Of a stretch of DNA of 64,000 nt, positions 1 through 8,028 are shown piece by piece. How positions within the stretch are numbered: the first letter of the stretch is position 1; each line of letters starts with the position of its first letter. The notes beneath the pieces were generated by a model. That model had not been told where the DNA came from, did not search any database, and was given only the letters and a program-made list of their open reading frames with translations. Location of the stretch: assembly GCA_965221165.1 (NCBI GenBank), contig CBDCRP010000003.1:1696001-1760000 (forward strand), in the 5' to 3' direction. A program made the position numbers and the translations under genes. Source of the stretch: a bacterium (lineage in GTDB: Bacteria; UBA8248).

Positions 1-120
1 TTCGGCAAGGTGGCCAAAGGTATGGACGTGGTGGAGAAAATCGGCGAAACGCCCGTGGGGACGGGAAGCATCCCCCAGAAAAAAGTGCGAATCATCTCGA
101 TCCGGGTTCATCAGCCATGA
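1..120 (+). CDS. Cyclophilin-type peptidyl-prolyl isomerase, C-terminal fragment (5' end outside window)
   Basis: Frame 1 reads FGKVAKGMDVVEKIGETPVG...KKVRIISIRVHQP*, matching the cyclophilin FGxVxxGMDVV motif. Confidence 0.85.
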   Translation, partial: FGKVAKGMDVVEKIGETPVGTGSIPQKKVRIISIRVHQP

Positions 121-174
121 GGCAAGCGTAAGGAAGGGGCGGCGAAGCCGCCGGCCGTGAACGCTCCCGGAGCG

Positions 175-783
175 CTACATTTCACGCCGCCCTTCCAGGG
201 AGCGGGTGAGCGTCATCTCGTCCGCATATTCGAGATGGCTCCCCATGGGCAGGCCGTGCGCCAGCTGGGTGACGCGCACGCCGAGGGGCTTGAGCACCTG
301 GGCGAGATACAGAGAAGTTCCCTCTCCCGCCATATTGGGGTTTAAGGCCAGAATCACCTCTTTCACCTCGCCTCCCTTCACGCGCTCGATCAGCTTGGGG
401 ATGGTGAGGTCCTCGGGCTCCACGCCGTCGAGGGGAGATATCACGCCCATCAGCACATGGTAGCGGCCCTTCACGCCTCCTGCGCGCTCCACTGCGAACA
501 CGTCGGCCGGCTCTTCCACCACGCAGATGACGCCGGGTTCGCGCGCACTGCAGACGGAACAGTCCTCTCCGCCGGCTTCACCCTCCACGAGCATCGAACA
601 CGTGCCGCACAGGCCTACTTTTTCGTGAAGAACCTCACACGAGGCGGCGATTCTGGCCGCGGCTTCAGGGTCTTTGCCCAAAAGGTGAAAAACGATTCTC
701 TGCGCACTCTTGGGCCCGATACCGGGGAGCCTGCGAAACGCCTCGATACACTCTTCCATGGCGGGAAACCGGTTCAGTTGCAT
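175..783 (-). CDS. recR: Recombination mediator RecR
   Basis: HhH motif LPGIGPKSAQR, C4 zinc finger, TOPRIM (ICVVE...GRYHVL...EVILA...EYADE); follows ybaB. Confidence 0.97.
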   Translation of the reverse strand: MQLNRFPAMEECIEAFRRLPGIGPKSAQRIVFHLLGKDPEAAARIAASCEVLHEKVGLCGTCSMLVEGEAGGEDCSVCSAREPGVICVVEEPADVFAVERAGGVKGRYHVLMGVISPLDGVEPEDLTIPKLIERVKGGEVKEVILALNPNMAGEGTSLYLAQVLKPLGVRVTQLAHGLPMGSHLEYADEMTLTRSLEGRREM

Positions 784-822
784 GACGCTCCCTCACGCGC
801 GTTTTCGAGGGCGCGCATCGGC

Positions 823-1140
823 TCAGAACAGGCCGGGAATGGGGAGACCGCCGGTGAGTTTCTTCATCTCTTCGGACATCATGTCCTTGCCTTTCCTGGA
901 TGCCTCGTTGCACGCGGCGCGCACCAGATCTTCCAGCATTTCCACGTCGTCGGGGTCCACCACCTGCGGGTCTATCTTCACCGCCACGACGTCGCCCGCT
1001 CCATTGGCGGTCACGTTCACCATGCCGCCGCCCGCCGAAGCCTCCACCGTCTTCGCCGCCATCTCCTCCTGGAGCTTGGCCATCTTGTCCTGGAGCTGGC
1101 GCGCCTGTTTCATCAAATTGCCGATACCACCTTTTAACAT
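823..1140 (-). CDS. ybaB: YbaB/EbfC nucleoid-associated protein
   Basis: MKQARQLQ...SAGGGMV...DVEMLEDLV; lies between dnaX and recR; start set to ATG at 1140. Confidence 0.95.
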   Translation of the reverse strand: MLKGGIGNLMKQARQLQDKMAKLQEEMAAKTVEASAGGGMVNVTANGAGDVVAVKIDPQVVDPDDVEMLEDLVRAACNEASRKGKDMMSEEMKKLTGGLPIPGLF

Positions 1141-1171
1141 GAGAATCTCCCCGGGGTATTTCCCTGACTGC

Positions 1172-2908
1172 TCAAGCCATTGAATTTCCACCCGATTTTC
1201 TCACTCGCCCTTGGCGAGTGTCGAGTATCATCTTCCCGTTGAACAGATCCACGATTTCCTGAATCAAGGCCTCCTCGTTCTCATCCGCCTTCTGGTGGCG
1301 AGCGTCGCCGGCCTGGGCCGCTCCTTTTGCGGTTTGGGGATGCGCGCCGTTTTCCACGCCCGCTATCTCGACCCTGGCGCTCCAGGGGGAGTGCGTCCTG
1401 AAAAATTCCTCGATTTCGGGCAGCACCTCTTGCGCCAAATGCAAACACTGCGCCGTCTGATTCTCCCGGGCGAGAACCACGCGGACGAGCCCCTCGGTTC
1501 CCAAATCGAGTTCAACGCCCTGAAAAAGCGGACGCCTCATCGGACGCAAGGCCTCCACCGCTCCCGTCCATACGCTGCGCGCCTGGACGGAATCCCACTT
1601 CTGCGCTTCCGCCTGCGCGACGGGAGAATCTCCAGAAGCGCTTTCGGGCTTGGGCGGCGCCGGAGCGGGCGGCGAGGGTTCCCGATGAACCGGAGTGGGC
1701 GCGCTCGCAGGAGCTTCTCCCCGAGGCGAGTCGGTGCGTGGAGGCTTCTCCGATGCCCCTCCGCCCATGGTTTCGAGCCTTTCCATCAAAGAGCCCAGAT
1801 CCACTATCGGCTCAATCTGGCACATCCGCAGAATCGCGACTTCAAGCGTCATTCGGGGATGATCCGATGTTCTGAGCTCGAGTTCCGCCCCCTGCAAGAT
1901 GGAATACGCCTGATGCGCCTCGGCGAAATTCATCTTCCCCGCCACTTCCCTGCGCTCTGCAATCTCCGATGCCGCCACGTCGAAGAGCGCCTCGTCGTCA
2001 CCGGCCGATAACAGCACCATGCAGTCGCGCAGATACTCCAGTAGGTTCGCGGAGAAGAGCCCGAGATCGTGGCCTGCGTCAAACAGGCTTTTCAGTTCGA
2101 CGAGCGCCTTGTTCCCGTCGCGCTCGATCACCGCCTCGACAAGGGCCTTGTACATGCTCCCCGACGGCACGCCGAGCACTTTTTCCACTTCCTCGCTCGA
2201 TGCCGGGTCCTCGGCGGCGAAAGCCAGCACCTGATCGAGCAAGGATTGCGCATCGCGTATGCTGCCCTCCCCCATCCGCGCCAGCAATTTGACGGCCGCC
2301 TCGTCCATCTTCCTCCCCTGCGCCTCGACGATGCGAGAGAGATGCGCCGCGATGACCGAGGTCGCTATTCTCCGGAACTCGAACACCTGGCAGCGGCTCA
2401 AAATGGTGTCGGGGACGTTCTTGACCTCCGTGGTGGCCAGAATGAAAACGACGTGGGGCGGCGGCTCCTCGAGCGTCTTGAGCAACGCGTTGAAAGAGCT
2501 TTTGGAGAGCATGTGCACTTCATCGAAAATCACCGTCTTGTAGCGCCCGCGCGCGGGGTGGTAGCGCAGCCCCTCGCGCAGTTCACGCACGTTGTCGACC
2601 CCCGTATAGGTGGCGGCGTCGATCTCCAGGATATCCGGATGGCTCCCCCTCGTAATCTCCTCGCAAGATGAACACTGGTTGCACGGCTCGGGAAGAGGCC
2701 CTTCTCCCGACTCGCAATTCAGCGCCTTGGCGAGAATGCGCGCGGTGGTCGTCTTGCCGACCCCGCGCGTTCCGCTGAACAGATAAGCGGACGCGACGCG
2801 CCCCGAGGCAAGCGCATTGGAGAGGGTTCGCCGGATATGTTCCTGGCCGATGAGTTCTTCGAAACGCTGCGGCCGCCATTTTCTGGCGCTACCGATGAAG
2901 GCCATCAA
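1172..2908 (-). CDS. dnaX: DNA polymerase III subunit gamma/tau
   Basis: ARKWRPQRF, Walker A GTRGVGKTT, C4 zinc motif, DEVHML, NALLKTLEEPP, SRC. Confidence 0.97.
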   Translation of the reverse strand: MMAFIGSARKWRPQRFEELIGQEHIRRTLSNALASGRVASAYLFSGTRGVGKTTTARILAKALNCESGEGPLPEPCNQCSSCEEITRGSHPDILEIDAATYTGVDNVRELREGLRYHPARGRYKTVIFDEVHMLSKSSFNALLKTLEEPPPHVVFILATTEVKNVPDTILSRCQVFEFRRIATSVIAAHLSRIVEAQGRKMDEAAVKLLARMGEGSIRDAQSLLDQVLAFAAEDPASSEEVEKVLGVPSGSMYKALVEAVIERDGNKALVELKSLFDAGHDLGLFSANLLEYLRDCMVLLSAGDDEALFDVAASEIAERREVAGKMNFAEAHQAYSILQGAELELRTSDHPRMTLEVAILRMCQIEPIVDLGSLMERLETMGGGASEKPPRTDSPRGEAPASAPTPVHREPSPPAPAPPKPESASGDSPVAQAEAQKWDSVQARSVWTGAVEALRPMRRPLFQGVELDLGTEGLVRVVLARENQTAQCLHLAQEVLPEIEEFFRTHSPWSARVEIAGVENGAHPQTAKGAAQAGDARHQKADENEEALIQEIVDLFNGKMILDTRQGRVRKSGGNSMA

Positions 2909-2971
2909 GAATCCATCCTAAAGGATTTTCACCATCGAGCGAGTCCAGCACATCATGAGAATTGATCGGAC

Positions 2972-3104
2972 CCTGCGTTGGAGTCGACCGGCCAGGCGCC
3001 CTCGTGGCGCCCGGGAGTATCCACTTACCGCTGCTTCCTTCCGGACCTGACGGGGTTCGCGGGCTCCCGCCGCACGAGACCCAACCGGCCGAATCCATCG
3101 CAGG
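2972..3104 (-). ncRNA. ffs: Signal recognition particle RNA (4.5S)
   Basis: Minus strand carries CCGTCAGGTCCGGAAGGAAGCAGCGG (helix 8) inside a long hairpin; canonical position upstream of dnaX; ends approximate. Confidence 0.93.
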
Positions 3105-3275
3105 CTCTCAGGGAAATCCTACCCCGTAGGCAGGCCTTTGGGAAGCGGGGGCGTCTGCATTTTCGGCATGGCGAAGTGGCGCGCCGGGGGGAAGCGGATA
3201 ACCCTTCATGTAACACGGCGTTAGGGGGAACCTCCTCCGCGCGGCCGGCAACCAGCGAGGTTCCTTGTCCTGGAA

Positions 3276-3707
3276 TAGGGACGGACCTGTGTGTCCGCCC
3301 GCCTTTGTTTTTGATCGTCATTCCGGCAGTCCCTCCCGCATTGGTCGGGGTAGGACCCGTAGGGGACGGCCCCAAGGAGTCGGTTCCGACCGAAGAGGGA
3401 GGAACCGCCACCTACACCCCGAATGACGACCGTAGTAGGGACAATCCCCTGTGGTTGCCCTTCGTCAGGACAGGCGCGGGAATCGGACAGGCACGGGGGC
3501 TTGTGGGGCAGCCCCGAGGAGGGCAGCCACTACGAAACCATTATGCTCCCGTAGGGGCGGACCTGTGTGTCCGCCCGTCTTTGTTTTTGATCGTCATTCC
3601 GGTGCATGCTGGTGGCAACCGCAGGTTGACCAGGCGGACGGGAAACGCATCGTCAAACCCGACCGAAGAGGGAGAGTTTGTGGATTCCGGCATCCGCCGG
3701 AATGACG
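3276..3707. repeat. Cluster of REP-like palindromes (GTAG- and CGTC-tagged) including a 51-bp direct repeat
   Basis: TAGGG(A/G)CGGACCTGTGTGTCCGCCC...GTCATTCCGG at 3276-3326 and 3552-3602 (2 mismatches); GTAGGGACAATCCCCTGTGGTTGCCCT; GGATTCCGGCATCCGCCGGAATGACG. Confidence 0.85.
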
Positions 3708-3913
3708 TTGGTGGGACCGCTCATGGGTCGGGGATACAAAAAGCCGGGACGATGCAGCGCTAAAGTAGTTATCGGTAAAATTTCTCCGGCGGGCTGCGGA
3801 TGTCGCCATTTCGCCCGCAATGGGGTTACAATGGATTTTCAAATACCCGATCGCGCGAAGCCCTTGGCGCGGGTATCTTTCTTCGCGCCAAATGCGGAAA
3901 GGCAACCCGAAGC

Positions 3914-4777
3914 ATGTCTTATTCGAAGTTAGTCGAACTCTCGGAGGGAAAGGCTTACGTCCTCCACAACACGTTTCCGCTGGATGGCCGAATCAGCGCT
4001 TATCCCATCAGCGCGCGCGGGCATAGCGTCTCGAACTGCTATCTCTTGAAAGAAGAAACAGGCGCGCTTCTGCTCGATACGGGCTACGCCGTTCACGAAG
4101 CCGAAATCCTGGCGCAGCTCGCATCCGTTCTCGACCCCGAGACGCCGCTGTCGCTCCTTCCGCTTCGCATCAACGAATTCATGTCGGTGGGCAACGCCAT
4201 GGCGATCGCCAAGCGCTTCAACGTGGTGGAATGCCTGGCCCCCGTGCCGAAAATAAACGAGTGGCTCGAGTTCGAAACGATTGATCCGGGCGGCGGGAAC
4301 AACGGCAACCCCACCCTCAACACTACGCTATTGAAACCACTCCACCCCTTTGAAATCGGCGAGAGATACATCGAAGTCATGAACGCGCCGATCCGTCTCA
4401 TCAACACCCGCTGGATTTACGACGAGGCCACGCGCACGCTGTTCTCCTCGGACATGTTCTCCCACATCTGGCAAGAACGCGCCGACGGCCCCTGGATGCT
4501 GGATGAAGACGACGTGACGACAAACGCCTTCGTCCGCTCGTTTTTACTGAACACCCGCTACTGGTGGCTCGAGGGCGCGAGGACGGACGACATCCGAAAA
4601 GGGGTCGCCGAAGTCTTCGAGCGTTATGAAATCGAAACCATCGCTCCGGGATACGGCGTCATCCTGCGCGGACGTCATCTGGTCGAGCGGCAATTCTCCG
4701 TGCTCGACGAGGTTCTGGCGGGCCTAGACCGCACGGTCGTCAAACCAGGATACGTCGCCTTGGGCCTCGAGAGATAG
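3914..4777 (+). CDS. MBL-fold (ODP/FprA-like) protein with degenerate metal motif
   Basis: NCYLL...LLLDTG, TLFSSDMF, IAPGYG; lacks the HxExxH motif; paralogous to the next gene; start set to ATG 3914. Confidence 0.7.
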   Translation: MSYSKLVELSEGKAYVLHNTFPLDGRISAYPISARGHSVSNCYLLKEETGALLLDTGYAVHEAEILAQLASVLDPETPLSLLPLRINEFMSVGNAMAIAKRFNVVECLAPVPKINEWLEFETIDPGGGNNGNPTLNTTLLKPLHPFEIGERYIEVMNAPIRLINTRWIYDEATRTLFSSDMFSHIWQERADGPWMLDEDDVTTNAFVRSFLLNTRYWWLEGARTDDIRKGVAEVFERYEIETIAPGYGVILRGRHLVERQFSVLDEVLAGLDRTVVKPGYVALGLER

Positions 4778-4786
4778 GATAAATTC

Positions 4787-5548
4787 ATGAGTTATCCGCT
4801 GCCCCGTGAAATATCGACCGGCGTCTTCTGGCTCGGCGACTGCCTCGTACAACACTCCCAGGGGAAAATCTACCACTCCTACAATGCGGCTTTTCTCGTC
4901 ATCGGCTCGGAAGCCTCCATACTCGTGGAGACGGGGCATCCCAAGGATTTTCCCGCCATCGAGGGGCAGATGCGAGACATTCTGGCCAGAGGCGGCGGGC
5001 CGCTCAAGCACCTGTTCCTGACCCATCAGGAAACCCCCCATTCGGGCGGTCTGGGCCGCGTGCTCGACCGATACCCCGACCTCACCATCCACGGGGATAT
5101 GTGCGACTACCACCTGGCGTTCCCCCAACACGCGGATCGCTTCAAGGAAATGCGGGTGGGAGAGGCCATCGACTTGGGGAACACGAGGTTCATGGCCGTG
5201 GAGCCCGTGATCAGGGACTTGAGGAGTTCTCTTTGGGGATTCGAGACCGCCGGGCGGGTGCTCTTTCCCGGAGACGGCTTCGCCTACAGCCACTACCATA
5301 CGGACGGGCATTGCGGCATGTTCGCGGAGGAGGCCACCTCTCTCGACCTGGTCGACGTGCTGGGCGTATTCGCGGAGCGCGCCCTGTTCTGGACCACCTT
5401 CACCGACATGAACATCTATGCCGACAAGCTCGAAGAACTGATGGATAAGCTGAACGTCGGGGTGGTCGCTCCGACCCACGGCCTCCCGATAAGGAACATC
5501 GCGCAAACGATGCCCAAGGTGAGAGAAGGCCTCGTCAGAGACGAGTAA
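4787..5548 (+). CDS. MBL-fold di-metal protein (ODP/flavodiiron N-terminal-like)
   Basis: YNAAFLV...LVETG, THQETPHSGG, VLFPGDGF, VAPTHG. Confidence 0.8.
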   Translation: MSYPLPREISTGVFWLGDCLVQHSQGKIYHSYNAAFLVIGSEASILVETGHPKDFPAIEGQMRDILARGGGPLKHLFLTHQETPHSGGLGRVLDRYPDLTIHGDMCDYHLAFPQHADRFKEMRVGEAIDLGNTRFMAVEPVIRDLRSSLWGFETAGRVLFPGDGFAYSHYHTDGHCGMFAEEATSLDLVDVLGVFAERALFWTTFTDMNIYADKLEELMDKLNVGVVAPTHGLPIRNIAQTMPKVREGLVRDE

Positions 5549-5584
5549 GGTTCAGCGCCAAGACTCCAGAATATTCAAACCGGC

Positions 5585-5983
5585 TTAGACGTCCTCCACC
5601 AGTTCCCACAGCGCGCCCATGGTGCTTTTGGGCTGGATGAAGGCGATGAGGTGCCCGCCGAAGCCGGGCCTTGATTTCTCGTCAATCAACTCGAAGCCCC
5701 GCGCCTTCAAATCGGCCAGCACGCCGTCGATGTTCTTCACGTCGAAGGCCACGTGGTGGAGGCCCTCGCCGCGCTCTTCGATGAATTTGGCGAGAGGGGT
5801 GCCTTCCTTGATGGGCGAGATGGGCTCGATGAGGTCGCCGCCCAGATCCAGCATCGCCAGATCGGTCGCGCCGTCGGCCGAAGTCTCCCGCGCGAGCAAT
5901 TTAGCGCCCATGCTTTCATACAGAGCAATGGAGGCGTCCATATCCTTCACCGCGACGCCTATGTGATGAAATTTGTTGAACAT
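5585..5983 (-). CDS. VOC-family protein, methylmalonyl-CoA epimerase-like
   Basis: HHIGVAV, GEGLHHVAF, IAFIQPKSTMGALWELVE. Confidence 0.85.
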   Translation of the reverse strand: MFNKFHHIGVAVKDMDASIALYESMGAKLLARETSADGATDLAMLDLGGDLIEPISPIKEGTPLAKFIEERGEGLHHVAFDVKNIDGVLADLKARGFELIDEKSRPGFGGHLIAFIQPKSTMGALWELVEDV

Positions 5984-6205
5984 ATTCGCGTTTCCTCCCG
6001 ATCAGGCGCGGGGACGGGAATTTCCCCCGCCCGCCGCATCGAATGCTCCATGGATTGACGAGACATCTGTTTAGCAGGCTTGCCGGAATTCCACAATCAA
6101 ACCCTTAGTTTTCGGTTCCGGGAAACTATACTTGAGCGCGCGTTTGCCGTATCCTGCACTTATCAGCGGGAATCATACGGACGACATATTCATAAGGAGA
6201 AATTC

Positions 6206-6766
6206 ATGGAAGGCCCGATTGATGGACACGGCACGTCCACGGTTCCGGGTGAGCGCGTCATCGACAAGCCCGAACACCCCGCCGGGGGGCTTTATACGGA
6301 CAACACCGTCCACACCGAGATGCACGAGGGCGCTCTTCAGCTCAAGCGCGGCAGGGCGGGAGATTTCGAGATATTCTGCGACGAGGGCGCCGGGATCGGC
6401 GGCACGGCCCGATACCCCACCCCGATGGCCTATCTCGCGATGGCGACGGGGTTCTGACTGCTCACCCAGGTGTCGCGGTACGCGCACATGATGAAAATGG
6501 AAATCAAGGGGGCGAGCGTCTCGGTCCGGTTCAAAAAGCTGCTGGGCGGCTCCGTTTTGAAGGGAACCGTGTTCAACAAGTGGGAGAGCGTGGACACGCA
6601 CCTGAAAGTCGAATCGGACGAGCCTGCGGACAAGCTCGCGCATCTCATCAAAAACGCCAAGAACGGCTGTTTCGCCGAGGGCTTGATCACCGAGCCGGTG
6701 CCTTTGAACTCCACCGTGGAGGTGAACGGCGAGCCGTTCAGAATCGAAGGGGTAACGGCGGACTGA
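6206..6766 (+). CDS. OsmC-family peroxiredoxin-like selenoprotein (UGA at 6455-6457 read as Sec)
   Basis: RBS AAGGAGA and ATG 6206; the two listed ORFs are in one frame joined by TGA: PTPMAYLAMATGF-U-LLTQVSRY...NGCFAE; hairpin GTGTCGCG-GTA-CGCGCAC at 6470-6487. Confidence 0.85.
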
Positions 6767-6788
6767 CCCGCCATATATGGAGCCATCA

Positions 6789-7238
6789 ATGGAATACTTC
6801 GACGCGTCGCCCGACATATCATTCGGCTCACAGCCCGAGCCTGCGGATCTCGAATCCCTCGCAGATAGAGGGGTCAGGACCATCATCAACACGCGCTTTC
6901 CCGAGGAAGACCAGGGCGAGTTGCCGCCCGCGCGCGCGAAGGCCGAGGCCGAGGCGCTGGGGATGCGCTACGTGAACATCCCCGTCTCGCCGGTGGAGTT
7001 CAGTCCCGATTCGCTCGCCGAGGTGAGCCGCGCGCTCGATGAGTCCAAGGCCCACGGGCCTACGTTCGTGCACTGAAAGGCCACTGGGCGGGCCGGGATT
7101 TGCTCGCTGAACCATCTGGCGGATGAGAACGCGTGGAGCGCGGGGGAGATGGAGGGGGCCGCCGACGCCACGGGCTTCGACTGGCGCGAAGCGCCGCTGG
7201 CGCCCAAATACCGCGAATTCTTCGCGCAGAGGGGATGA
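6789..7238 (+). CDS. DUF442/Blh-like rhodanese-phosphatase-fold sulfurtransferase, selenoprotein (UGA at 7074-7076)
   Basis: SQPEPADL...GVRTIINTRFPEE...YVNIPV...PTFVH-U-KATGR matches the HCx4R loop; frame stays open 53 codons to TGA 7236-7238. Confidence 0.82.
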
Positions 7239-7546
7239 CCCCCCCTACCCCCCGAAAAGGGCGATTTTGGGCCGATCTGTTTTCTATCTATTTGATTATA
7301 CTTGACTTACCGCCCATTTAATTTTCAGATATTTTCGCCTAATTTCGCCTATTTTCAGATATTTTCACTTATTCGCGCCCCCGCTCCGCGCATGACGCTC
7401 CGCTTCACCACCATACACGCCCGCGCCCCGAGGCCGGTGACGGGATTTGCGGCCAAATGCGTGGTTCAATTCCGAGCGATGAGGGAGGGATTGTTCCGAC
7501 CAATACGAGAGGCATTCCTGAGCGGTCGTGGCTCCCTTCATCTGCG

Positions 7547-7875
7547 CGGGCCGCATGTATGCGGCCCCTACAATCGCCACGCATGCTTTTTCCGTAGGGG
7601 TCGCATATATGCGACCCGACGGCACAATTCCCACCTATAAAGGAAACCCACTCCCCCCTACGGGTCAAACCCGACCGGGGAGGGAGGGGCTGCCGACCGG
7701 GGAGGGGTTGGTTGCGCGTCTTCTGTAGGGGCGGACCTGTGTGTCCGCCCGCCTTCGTCATATCCGCCCCTGCGCCCGCCCTATGGTGGGGTGATGCAAT
7801 GGGCGGACACACAGGTCCGCCCCTACGATCAATCGCGACCGATGAGGTCAATCCCGACCGGGGAGGGAGGGATTG
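7547..7875. repeat. REP-like cluster with inverted REP pairs
   Basis: Perfect 26-bp inverted pair 7725-7750 / 7801-7826 (GTAGGGGCGGACCTGTGTGTCCGCCC); second pair 7547-7571 / 7594-7618; hairpin modules at 7664 and 7847. Confidence 0.88.
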
Positions 7876-8028
7876 GATTGCTGGCCGAGGAGCGGAGAAT
7901 AGCCTGCGGGTATGATTTCGCCCGTCATACCGGAATGGTCCTATCCGGTATCCAGAGACTTTGCGGACGAGGAAACAACCCCGATCTCAAAGCGATGCTT
8001 TCACGGCATATTCTGAAATAAGGGGGTT

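Noticed and set aside
1172-2908. Programmed frameshift or slippage site in dnaX
   Set aside because: No A AAA AAG heptamer or long A-run was seen on the coding strand
2978-3763. 261-aa ORF on the + strand
   Set aside because: It overlaps the SRP RNA and REP cluster and has no protein motif
6455-7076. Alternative genetic code (UGA=Trp/Gly) as the explanation for in-frame UGAs
   Set aside because: Many intact genes here end in TGA and use TGG for Trp; the in-frame UGAs fall only at catalytic Cys columns
3276-7875. CRISPR array from recurring GTAGGGGCGGACC repeats
   Set aside because: Irregular spacing, inverted orientation and no cas genes; these are REP-like palindromes
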